From: an uncultured archaeon
GTDB lineage: Archaea; Asgardarchaeota; Lokiarchaeia; Sigyniarchaeales; Promethearchaeaceae
Reading direction: 5' to 3'
DNA length: 32,000 nucleotides
NCBI GenBank assembly: GCA_964426185.1
Contig: CAYRPF010000028.1
Location: 1-32,000 of the forward strand
The translations under genes and the position numbers were made by a program. Below are positions 1 through 8,152 of this stretch, in pieces (the first letter of the stretch is position 1; each line of letters starts with the position of its first letter). The notes beneath the pieces are model-generated. The model ran no database searches, was not told where the DNA came from, and was given only the letters and a program-made list of their open reading frames with translations.

Positions 1-279
1 AAAGAAAAAACTCGTGAATTAGGAGAAAAAACAAAGGAAGTAACCAAAAAAAAAATTCATGAGCTGGGAAAGAAAGCAAAAGAAACTGCCGAAGCATCAC
101 AACCTAAACTTGAAATTGCTAAAGAAAAAGTTATGAAAATTGCCGAAAATGAAGTCACAAAAATTATATTAAATCAAGCCAAGGACATTGCTGTTGAAGA
201 AGCAAAAAAAATTGTAATAGAAAAAACCAAAGAAAAGTTACAAAAATTGGGAAAAAATACAAAACATAAAACAGACTGA
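1..279 (+). CDS. 3' end of a Lys/Glu-rich helical protein (partial, runs off window start)
   Basis: Frame 1 is open from base 1 to TGA at 277-279: KEKTRELGEKTKEVTKKKIHELGKKAKETAEASQPKLEIAKEKVMKIAENEV...KLQKLGKNTKHKTD. Amphipathic, LEA/apolipoprotein-like composition. Not in the ORF track. Confidence 0.6.
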   Translation, partial: KEKTRELGEKTKEVTKKKIHELGKKAKETAEASQPKLEIAKEKVMKIAENEVTKIILNQAKDIAVEEAKKIVIEKTKEKLQKLGKNTKHKTD

Positions 280-294
280 TAATTATAAGAAAAA

Positions 295-993
295 TTAAAA
301 GAAACTCTCTTCATCTTCCATAAAATCTAAGGGGGGAGAAAGATGAACTTCAAAGGGAATGGGTTCGCCTTTAAAATTATATACTCCTAAAGTATTAATG
401 GAAAATGGGGCGCCGATAATAGCATTGATAAAAAATTTCTTGAATGTATTAAGATCTGCTTGACTTGGATGGTTATTTGGACTAGGGTGTGAGTGACATG
501 TTGCAATTAGGGTTCGATCCCCTCGAATTCTACTGGGAAAAAATACTGCAGAAATTCCCGAGGCTTCTGTTCCTGGAGCAAGGACATATTCATGCAACAC
601 TCCATTAACAATTCTTAATAATGAGAAAAATTCTTTAGGATAAGCTGTTTTAGCCATGTAACAGATATCATTCAAGATTTTTTCAGAAAAATGTACCTTT
701 TTTCCCGCAATTGTTTCAAATCCATATTGAAGAGCTTTCAATATTTGAGAGATCTGTATTGGATGATTGCGATTCCATTTTTTATAAGTTGGTAGGAAAT
801 ATTCAAAATCACCAAATGCTTTCTGAAATTTTTTTGGAATGATTATTTTTGGGCGTTTGGGATATTTACGTAAATCTACCTGAATATTTGCGGAAGGAAA
901 CATAGGAACTTCCATTACTGCTTTTTTTTTCAGAAAGCTGCCTGGAAAAATATCCAATATTTCCGTAATCTGTTCATCCAAATCCATTATCAT
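295..993 (-). CDS. JAB1/MPN+/JAMM metalloprotease (Mov34 family) with N-terminal UBC/UEV-like domain
   Basis: Complete JAMM motif: E in YPKEF, then HSHPSPNNHPSQAD (H-S-H-x7-S-x2-D). The first ~95 aa carry YPKRP and LPTYKKWNRNHPIQISQILKAL, typical of UBC-fold domains, with no Cys. Confidence 0.85.
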   Translation of the reverse strand: MIMDLDEQITEILDIFPGSFLKKKAVMEVPMFPSANIQVDLRKYPKRPKIIIPKKFQKAFGDFEYFLPTYKKWNRNHPIQISQILKALQYGFETIAGKKVHFSEKILNDICYMAKTAYPKEFFSLLRIVNGVLHEYVLAPGTEASGISAVFFPSRIRGDRTLIATCHSHPSPNNHPSQADLNTFKKFFINAIIGAPFSINTLGVYNFKGEPIPFEVHLSPPLDFMEDEESFF

Positions 994-999
994 AAGTAA

Positions 1000-1476
1000 T
1001 TACCCTCTTAATGTGGCTCGTAAACTTTGGGGATTTTTTAGTAATTCTAAAGCCTCTTTAGGCGATTTGACTAGTAAATCTGAATGAATTAATGCTTCCT
1101 GAGCAATTCCTTCTTCGCCAATTATTCCAATTCCTATTTTTGCAGCTTGAAGCATTTTCCAATCATTTCGGCCGTTCCCTAATGCTACTACATGTTCGTT
1201 TCCTAATTTTTTTACAAATGATGCTTTTTCTTCAGCTCCCGATTGTTCTTGTTGTAGAATTTGCAAGCGGATTCCCATGTCATCGGCAATATTTGCTGCA
1301 TTTCCATATGTATCAGCGGATAACAAATAGATTTCCAAATTTTTTTTAAGTTCTTCGATTAAAGTTTTAATAATTGGATGGAGGTTTCCATATGAAGAAA
1401 TCGTTCCATTCAGATCCATCACCAAGAATTTCAACGATATTTCTCCATAATCTTCAATTTCAACATTGATTGTCAT
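1000..1476 (-). CDS. HAD-superfamily hydrolase, soluble P-type ATPase-like (COG4087-like)
   Basis: Motif I DLNGT, motif II LSADT, conserved Lys (EEKA), motif IV GNGRND. Confidence 0.85.
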   Translation of the reverse strand: MTINVEIEDYGEISLKFLVMDLNGTISSYGNLHPIIKTLIEELKKNLEIYLLSADTYGNAANIADDMGIRLQILQQEQSGAEEKASFVKKLGNEHVVALGNGRNDWKMLQAAKIGIGIIGEEGIAQEALIHSDLLVKSPKEALELLKNPQSLRATLRG

Positions 1477-1520
1477 TATTCCCTCTATTTAGTTAACATT
1501 CCCTTCCATCTAAAGTTGTG

Positions 1521-4175
1521 CTAAGCTAGGTATTTCTCAACAACTCCATCTAATGCTGGAAGAAGGAGCAAAGTTTGGTTGATTCCATAATAAATTCCAG
1601 TAAATTCCAAGTATGTCGATTTGTTCCAGGATAATTCCATGTTTGTGACCAGACGGGCTTTCAACCAGCTTTTCAAAACCAAAATGCTACCAATCTGAAA
1701 TGACCATAGATCTGGTTTCATCGGTATACATATTTTATTAGTCGTTGAATGGTCTTCATTAGAAAAATGGAGATCCAGTATATTTTGCTCCTCTGAATAA
1801 TGAAATGATTGAAGATCACGGTTGATCAATTCTAAACCAAAAAGTCCTGTCGCTAATTGGTGGATCTGAGTAAGATCATTTTTGGAAAGATTTCCTAAAT
1901 GAAAATTAAGTAATTGTTTTCCAAAATTAGCGATTTTTTTTACTAAAAAAGCGCCTTCTGAATGAGGCCGTAACACCACTCGGGGATATTCATGTAATAA
2001 AAAAGGTAAAAATTGTTCTCCATATGAAGGAGCCATCAATAATCCATACATAAAATCAAATGCGGTGATGGGCGGGATATTTGGAAAAAATTGCTTCCAT
2101 TTATGTAAGAATTCATCAGAAAAGTTAAGAGTGCTCTTTAAATACCAAGGTGCGATTTTTGCTGTTGAATACCCAAATAATCCTGAATCAACTAAACCAG
2201 TACTTACCCAGAAATGTCGAAAAGGTGGTTTTTGCACTGATTGAACAAAAGAAAAGGCAATTTTTCCATCATATTCTGAAGATTTTCCCGTTGGCGTTTT
2301 TAGTTGTGGTGTTTTATCTGTTCCTCTTGCTAACAAAATTTTATTCTGTATTAATTTGAGTTTTTCTAGCCAAAGTATATCAGGTGAATTGATGAAGTCT
2401 AACATCGTAGATTTGCCACATCTGCGATTAATGGTGTAGAAAATGGTATTTCTAATATCAAATGGGCGATAATTTATTAGGGAAATGTTTTTCTTCATCT
2501 GATCAAAATCAAATGAGTGAACGATTGAGTCATTTTCTAGTAAAGGATCTGGATTTCTGCGAATACGGCCATTATTACGAAGGGTAGTAAAGTCTCGCGC
2601 TTGTAGTAGGTTAATATTATCTTGTAATTTTTCAGGATTGATGTGAATCATGAATTTATCTCGGGAGGAGATTAATGCCCGACTTGATTTAATAAAACAA
2701 GTTGGTAATGGTAATCCATAATTTTGCCAAATCTGTTTTGATCGCTCAGAAATACTTATTGGAATATACAAGTATTGAGGTGGTATTAAAGGAACGAAAT
2801 TGTAAGAAAGATTCGAAAAACCATCTTGGAGAATTGATTTAATTTCTTTTTCAGTGCCAGTAATAGGACAATAATATATACCTTGTTTCTCCTTATAGGA
2901 AGTACTTTCTTTTTTTTCTTTCTTTGACTGGAATTTATAACAAATACTGATACATACACCAGTTTGAATCTTAAATAAATTAATTTTTCCTGATTTTTGC
3001 TTAGGATTACGAGAATCTCCAAAAAGATCAATTATATAGATTTTATCAAAGAAAGTGGCAAGTTTTTGGCGGAATCCATAGAATATTTTTCCATCAAGAA
3101 ATTTTCTATTAGTTATAAAGGCTAAAATCCCACCATTACGCTTTTTAATCAACCATTCCCCATATCGGAAGAATTTTACGTAATCATCATATAATCGGGT
3201 GATATTAGGTTCAGGAACCGCATACCTTTTCATTAACTTGGTTATCCAAGAATTTTTATTAATGCTTGAAACAGAATAAGGAGGATTTCCAATTACTACA
3301 ATGGGAATACCATTGGAATTCCTTTGGCTCTTTTGAGAGAAAATTTGTGCATTTTCATGATCTAAAGCCGTATAAAATCGGACTTCTAAATTAGATTCAA
3401 TTTTTTGAGCAACTACGGGGGGAAAGCAGTATTTTAACAGTAGTAGACCAATAAAAAAGGAAGATGGGTTAATTTCATTTCCAAAAATGGGAGATTTCCG
3501 TGGAAATGGAAGAATCTCTTCGGTTTGATTTTTGTATTTTTCTAGATAATGCGCTAGAAGACCTATTTCAAATGTCAATGGCCCTACTGCAGGATCATAA
3601 AAATCATAATTTTCATCCAAAATGCCGTTACTCAAATGAAAATCTTTAATGAGAATATTATTTACAGCATTTATCATAAAACGGGTTATTATTGCGGGGG
3701 TAAAAATCATTCCATCTTGCGCTTGCTTCTTTTTATTAAATTCTTGGACGAAAGGGTTATAATATTCTATCAATATCTCATTAAATCTTTCTAAGGAAGA
3801 ATATTGGTTAAATCTCTTGTTTATTGATTCACAAGTTTTTTGCGTGCTTTCTCGATGAATTATATTAGAGAATTCGACATATTTATTAATGAGATGCATC
3901 CATTCATTTTTTTTTGCAATATCTATAAATAAAGAAACAAAATTAATTGCTTTTTTCCAATTCAAATGAAAGTATTTTTGTAAAATGATAATTGTGGGAA
4001 TTAAATGCGCATATATTTGCCTAATTTCCTTTTTTGAAATTTTATCTTGCGCGATTTCACAAAAGAGAAATATCTCTCTTAGCCTTAACTCGATTTCGTG
4101 AGGGGATTGGTTATAAATTTCTTGAAAAATCGAATGCGCAAAATCTACTGCCGCTTTCAATAATTTTTGATTCAT
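1521..4175 (-). CDS. N6-adenine DNA methyltransferase with type ISP (LlaBIII-like) C-terminal specificity region; no helicase or nuclease evident
   Basis: GMIFTP, motif I variant DPAVGPLTF, motif IV IGNPPYS, LYDDYVKFFR, YRPFD and EYPRV segments typical of type ISP-related methylases. Confidence 0.8.
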   Translation of the reverse strand: MNQKLLKAAVDFAHSIFQEIYNQSPHEIELRLREIFLFCEIAQDKISKKEIRQIYAHLIPTIIILQKYFHLNWKKAINFVSLFIDIAKKNEWMHLINKYVEFSNIIHRESTQKTCESINKRFNQYSSLERFNEILIEYYNPFVQEFNKKKQAQDGMIFTPAIITRFMINAVNNILIKDFHLSNGILDENYDFYDPAVGPLTFEIGLLAHYLEKYKNQTEEILPFPRKSPIFGNEINPSSFFIGLLLLKYCFPPVVAQKIESNLEVRFYTALDHENAQIFSQKSQRNSNGIPIVVIGNPPYSVSSINKNSWITKLMKRYAVPEPNITRLYDDYVKFFRYGEWLIKKRNGGILAFITNRKFLDGKIFYGFRQKLATFFDKIYIIDLFGDSRNPKQKSGKINLFKIQTGVCISICYKFQSKKEKKESTSYKEKQGIYYCPITGTEKEIKSILQDGFSNLSYNFVPLIPPQYLYIPISISERSKQIWQNYGLPLPTCFIKSSRALISSRDKFMIHINPEKLQDNINLLQARDFTTLRNNGRIRRNPDPLLENDSIVHSFDFDQMKKNISLINYRPFDIRNTIFYTINRRCGKSTMLDFINSPDILWLEKLKLIQNKILLARGTDKTPQLKTPTGKSSEYDGKIAFSFVQSVQKPPFRHFWVSTGLVDSGLFGYSTAKIAPWYLKSTLNFSDEFLHKWKQFFPNIPPITAFDFMYGLLMAPSYGEQFLPFLLHEYPRVVLRPHSEGAFLVKKIANFGKQLLNFHLGNLSKNDLTQIHQLATGLFGLELINRDLQSFHYSEEQNILDLHFSNEDHSTTNKICIPMKPDLWSFQIGSILVLKSWLKARLVTNMELSWNKSTYLEFTGIYYGINQTLLLLPALDGVVEKYLA

Positions 4176-4210
4176 TATTCGAAATTAATTATAAGTATGA
4201 AATGAAAAAA

Positions 4211-4462
4211 TTAATTTCCACCTGCTTGAGTGGCCATTACAGTTATGATATCCGCTTTTGGATTCAAACCGATCTTAGAAAATTTAATATCATCTGCTAA
4301 GACTTTTCCCTTAAAGATGAATTGAATTGCTAAAATTGGATTTAGCTTGTATTCTTTCTGCACAACTTTCTTAATCTCACCAACAGTCTTACTTTGGTCC
4401 ACTTCTATCAATTTAATTGCTTGATCAGGTGGAACACCCGTTAATCTGAAGCGTAATTTCAT
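4211..4462 (-). CDS. Ubiquitin-like (beta-grasp) protein, precursor ending ...QAGG-N
   Basis: 83 aa. IEVDQSKTVGEIKKVV and QFIFKGKVLADD resemble ubiquitin LEVEPSDTIENVKAKI and RLIFAGKQLEDG. Di-glycine lies one residue before the C-terminus. Confidence 0.88.
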   Translation of the reverse strand: MKLRFRLTGVPPDQAIKLIEVDQSKTVGEIKKVVQKEYKLNPILAIQFIFKGKVLADDIKFSKIGLNPKADIITVMATQAGGN

Positions 4463-4517
4463 AATTAAATACTTGCGTTTCGTAACTTAAATTATTTTGC
4501 TTCGACTTCTCATTTTA

Positions 4518-4539
4518 TATTACTAAAGCATTAGTAATA
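4518..4539. promoter_or_regulatory. 9-bp inverted repeat TATTACTAA-agca-TTAGTAATA in the divergent Ubl/mutL intergenic region
   Basis: Perfect arms at 4518-4526 and 4531-4539. Operator role is inferred from position; the arms are AT-rich. Confidence 0.4.
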
Positions 4540-4594
4540 GAGTTGAAAAATTGCTGTTCTTAATAGATTATTAGATGGATAGAGGTGGATTAAA

Positions 4595-6631
4595 ATTAGA
4601 ATTAAATTAATTGAAGACTATCAAAAAATTGCTGCAGGTGAAGTTATCGAACGACCCGCTTCAGTTGTCAAAGAGTTAATTGAAAACGCAATTGATGCCG
4701 GAGCTACCAAAATTTCTATCATTCTAAAAGATGCAGGTAAAACGTTGATTCAGATTATCGATAATGGATGCGGTATCGACCCAGAAGATTTGGAGATTGC
4801 ATTTCAACGTCATACTTCTTCTAAAATCACCTCTGCTGATGAATTAGATGCCATCAATACTCTAGGTTTTCGGGGAGAAGCATTAGCCAGCATTGCAGCG
4901 GTATCTCAGATTGAAATTACTTCTCGTACTGCAGAAAAAGAAAATGGGATGAGATTACAGATAGAAGGTGGAAAGGTCATATCAAAAGCACCTTGTGGGG
5001 CTCCAATCGGAACTGATCTGAAAGTTCAAAATCTTTTCTTCAATTTACCCGTCCGTCAGAAATTTTTACGTTCTAATCGAGTTGAAATAGGACATATAAC
5101 GGATATTATTACTCGATATGCCTTGGCGTATCCATTAATTCATTTTGCTCTAAAACATAACAATCTTTCAATATTAAATTCTCCTGATTGGCGCGGCCAA
5201 ATAGATCATGTAATTAATAACAATAAGATTGATATTTCCACAAATTCTTCAAAGTTAACCGAAATTTATGGATTTACCGTGCAAACAATTTATGGAAAGA
5301 AAATTAGTACTCACCTTCTTCCTATAGATGTTGGGGGCGAAGATTTTCGTATCTTTGGATTTGTAGGTCAACCAGATATCGGCCGCTCGGAAAAAAATGC
5401 GTCTTCACTTTTTGTAAACCATCGCTATGTAATCAGTAAAGAATTTTTCGCCATCATGCAGGATATCTATAGGGATTATCTAATGAGACACAAATACCCG
5501 TTTTTTATCCTATTTCTGGAAATAGCTCCCAATAAAATCGATTGTAACGTCCATCCAACCAAGAAGAAAATTAAGTTTCTGAATGCTTCTCATTTTTTCG
5601 CTGAAATTCAGCAAGCTCTTAGTAAACCCATAAAAAATTCGATCTTAATGGCATCTCAAAGAAACAATCTTGGTGAATCTGCTAACGTCCAATCTTTTGA
5701 CACAGTCATGGATTACTGGACTCCATCTTCTCGCACTTCTAACCCATCTAACTCATCTAACTCATCTAATCCATCCATTTCATCTCAAATCTCTCACACA
5801 TCTTTATCCAAACATGATTCTTCAATTCGGGTTGAATCGTCTCATCAACACCATTTAACGAATCCCAAGCAAACTCACCTTCTCCCTACTCCAAAAAAAA
5901 TACAAAAACCCAGAATTAAGAGCCCCTCTTCAAAATACAATAAATTCAAGCCACAATTTTCACATGAATTATCTTCTACTTCTACTTCTCTTGAAAATCA
6001 ATCAATTTCGGAATCACCATATATTCTAGTGAAAAATCTGCCCCCTTTATTTAAGCTAAACGCTGGAATTCAAGCAGGAAATAATTATCTGGTATTTCAA
6101 AATGAAGAAGGTCTTATTTTAATTGATCAACATGCAGCACATGAGCGTATTAATTACGAGCGGGTGCAACAATGGCAGAAATTGGATCAAGTACCAATTC
6201 AAAGGCTTATTTTACCTATTCAATTAGAAGTTGCACCCAATGAAGTCGAATTTGTTAAAGACGCTGCACATGAGTTGAAATCTTATGGGTTTGAGTTGGA
6301 TCATTTTGGTAGCAAAACTTTCTTGCTTAGAACCGTACCGGCAATTTTACAGCCGAAACACATGGATTCTCAATTAATAGTGGATATATGTTTGGAAATC
6401 ATCAAAATGGGGCGGGAAAAATCCTTTTCTGACATTAAACGAGATATTTTTCAATATATCGGCTGTCATCAGAGTATTAGAGCTGGAGATGAAATCTGGA
6501 GTGAGTCTCAAATTAAAAAAATCATCAAAGATCTGGATGCTTGTGAAAATCCCCATCACTGTGCTCATGGAAGACCCACTTATATCAAAATTTCATATAA
6601 GAATATTGATAAATGGTTCCATCGCACATGA
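4595..6631 (+). CDS. mutL: DNA mismatch repair endonuclease MutL
   Basis: Frame extends upstream of the track start (4745): IRIKLIEDYQKIAAGEVIERPASVVKELIENAIDAGA. Also DNGCGI, TLGFRGEALASI, endonuclease motif DQHAAHERINYE, CHQSIRAG, CAHGRPT. Start placed at ATT 4595 by inference. Confidence 0.95.
   Translation: MRIKLIEDYQKIAAGEVIERPASVVKELIENAIDAGATKISIILKDAGKTLIQIIDNGCGIDPEDLEIAFQRHTSSKITSADELDAINTLGFRGEALASIAAVSQIEITSRTAEKENGMRLQIEGGKVISKAPCGAPIGTDLKVQNLFFNLPVRQKFLRSNRVEIGHITDIITRYALAYPLIHFALKHNNLSILNSPDWRGQIDHVINNNKIDISTNSSKLTEIYGFTVQTIYGKKISTHLLPIDVGGEDFRIFGFVGQPDIGRSEKNASSLFVNHRYVISKEFFAIMQDIYRDYLMRHKYPFFILFLEIAPNKIDCNVHPTKKKIKFLNASHFFAEIQQALSKPIKNSILMASQRNNLGESANVQSFDTVMDYWTPSSRTSNPSNSSNSSNPSISSQISHTSLSKHDSSIRVESSHQHHLTNPKQTHLLPTPKKIQKPRIKSPSSKYNKFKPQFSHELSSTSTSLENQSISESPYILVKNLPPLFKLNAGIQAGNNYLVFQNEEGLILIDQHAAHERINYERVQQWQKLDQVPIQRLILPIQLEVAPNEVEFVKDAAHELKSYGFELDHFGSKTFLLRTVPAILQPKHMDSQLIVDICLEIIKMGREKSFSDIKRDIFQYIGCHQSIRAGDEIWSESQIKKIIKDLDACENPHHCAHGRPTYIKISYKNIDKWFHRT
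5738..5773 (+). repeat. 4 x 9-bp imperfect tandem repeat (TCTAAYYCA) in the MutL linker
   Basis: tctaaccca tctaactca tctaactca tctaatcca, encoding SNP SNS SNS SNP. Confidence 0.75.
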
Positions 6632-6645
6632 TTAAATGTAATTCA

Positions 6646-6668
6646 CTCCTTGTGCCCAAGCAAAGGAG
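6646..6668. terminator. Hairpin between convergent mutL and EF-1beta genes
   Basis: CTCCTT-g-TGC-ccaa-GCA-a-AAGGAG; a nearby A-run gives a U-tract on the minus strand. Confidence 0.35.
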
Positions 6669-6691
6669 CGTAAAATTGTAAAAAAAATAAT

Positions 6692-6991
6692 TTAGGAAAT
6701 AATGGAAACCATGGTGCATTCTGATCTTTGAATTTCATCTAAGGACGAAATTGCATCTTCCAGTGGTTGGGTTCCACCCTCACGTTCTTTCAATAAAATT
6801 CGCGCAATTATTTTTTTTGCACCAAACGCAATAGGTTCAATCTTAAATGTTTCGACCATTCCACCTTCTTTTTCAACAATGGGTTTGACAACATTTTCCA
6901 TTAGTTCTTCTAATCCTTCAAAATCTTCAGGAATTATATCAAAAATTCCCAATAATGTCTTTGGGCCTTTCTTTTTTTTTTCGTCAGCCAT
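6692..6991 (-). CDS. ef1b: Archaeal translation elongation factor 1-beta
   Basis: EPIAFG motif, EGGTQPLED, C-terminal strand. The ATG at 6991 follows SD AGGTGA; the track's GTG at 7000 lies within that SD. Confidence 0.9.
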   Translation of the reverse strand: MADEKKKKGPKTLLGIFDIIPEDFEGLEELMENVVKPIVEKEGGMVETFKIEPIAFGAKKIIARILLKEREGGTQPLEDAISSLDEIQRSECTMVSIIS

Positions 6992-7007
6992 TATATTCAC
7001 CTATTAT

Positions 7008-7181
7008 TTAAGGTCCTTCAAATCCGCATTTAGGACATTTATATGCTCGTGCAAAGCGACGGCATCGTTCACAGCGCCATAACATGACGTCTCCACAGTT
7101 GGGGCAAATAAAGTGGACCGCATTTTCGTTTGGCTGGATCATTTTACCACAAGATGTGCACGACTCTTGATTATAACTCAT
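7008..7181 (-). CDS. Small Zn-finger protein, HVO_2753/DUF1610 (COG2888) family, 57 aa
   Basis: Hand translation: [57 protein letters not shown]. Four CxxC pairs and a terminal CGFEGP; sits upstream of EF-1beta as usual in archaea; GAGGT SD. Not in the ORF track. Confidence 0.93.
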   Translation of the reverse strand: MSYNQESCTSCGKMIQPNENAVHFICPNCGDVMLWRCERCRRFARAYKCPKCGFEGP

Positions 7182-7392
7182 TGTAAATATACCTCAAAAA
7201 GGCTACTTCTTGGTTAATTAATGCGGAGATTCTAAATTAATTTTATGGTATAATAAATAAGAAATTCTACTGAGAAAGGAATACGATTATATTAGGTCCA
7301 AGCGATTACTTTTTCACCGAATTATATCTATTTACTATGAGGTAATATTTTCAATAAATTGAGTTTTTTCTATTACAGATTGTGATTTTTAA

Positions 7393-8091
7393 TCATTTCA
7401 ACATAAAATCCAGAGTGCTCTCGACATGCAATTTGGTTGTGTTGAAAATAGGGATAGAAACATCTTCTTGGTGAATTAATAGTGGAATTTCGGTGCAACC
7501 TAAAATAACTCCCTCAGCACCTTTGTGATGGAGGTTGTTTATAATGGTTTTGAATGCTTGACGTGATTCTGGGCGAATTTTTCCGAAAGAAAGTTCCTTA
7601 AATATCACCTTATTTATCTCATCGCGCTCCGATTGTGAAGGAATTATCGTTTCTATTTGAAATTTATCCAAAAGTCGCTCTTTGAGGAACTCTTCTTCCA
7701 TTGATATTTTTGTTCCTATCAATCCAACCTTATTGATACCGAGTTCCTGAATTTTTAATGCAGTGGCATCGATTATATGAAGAATTGGAATTGTAAAACT
7801 CGTTAATGCCTCCATTGCGGGAACTATTTTATGAATTGTGTTGGTGCAGATAAGTAACGCTTCTGCCCCTATATCCTGCAAGTCAATGGCGATTTTCGTA
7901 AGAATTTGAGTGATTTTTCTCCAACTATTTTCTTCCATTAACTTGAAAATTTCGTCGAAATCTACTGAATAGAGAATTAAATGGGCGGAATGATATCCTC
8001 CTAATCTTGTTGCAATTCCTTCATTTAATAAGCGGTAATATTCAAGCGTTGATTCCCAAGTCATTCCGCCAATTAATCCAATTTTTTTCAT
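7393..8091 (-). CDS. Aspartate/glutamate racemase family protein (RacX/YgeA-like)
   Basis: IGLIGGMTWEST and both catalytic Cys motifs, CTNT and GCTE. Confidence 0.93.
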   Translation of the reverse strand: MKKIGLIGGMTWESTLEYYRLLNEGIATRLGGYHSAHLILYSVDFDEIFKLMEENSWRKITQILTKIAIDLQDIGAEALLICTNTIHKIVPAMEALTSFTIPILHIIDATALKIQELGINKVGLIGTKISMEEEFLKERLLDKFQIETIIPSQSERDEINKVIFKELSFGKIRPESRQAFKTIINNLHHKGAEGVILGCTEIPLLIHQEDVSIPIFNTTKLHVESTLDFMLK

Positions 8092-8152
8092 ATTATAATT
8101 GATTATCTATGAAGAATATAAAATTTTAGCTTTGTGAGCGGAGGGGTTGTTT

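Noticed and set aside
4745-4747. Track start (TTG) for mutL
   Set aside because: It would remove the conserved KIAAGEVIERPASVVKELIEN ATPase motif encoded in frame upstream.
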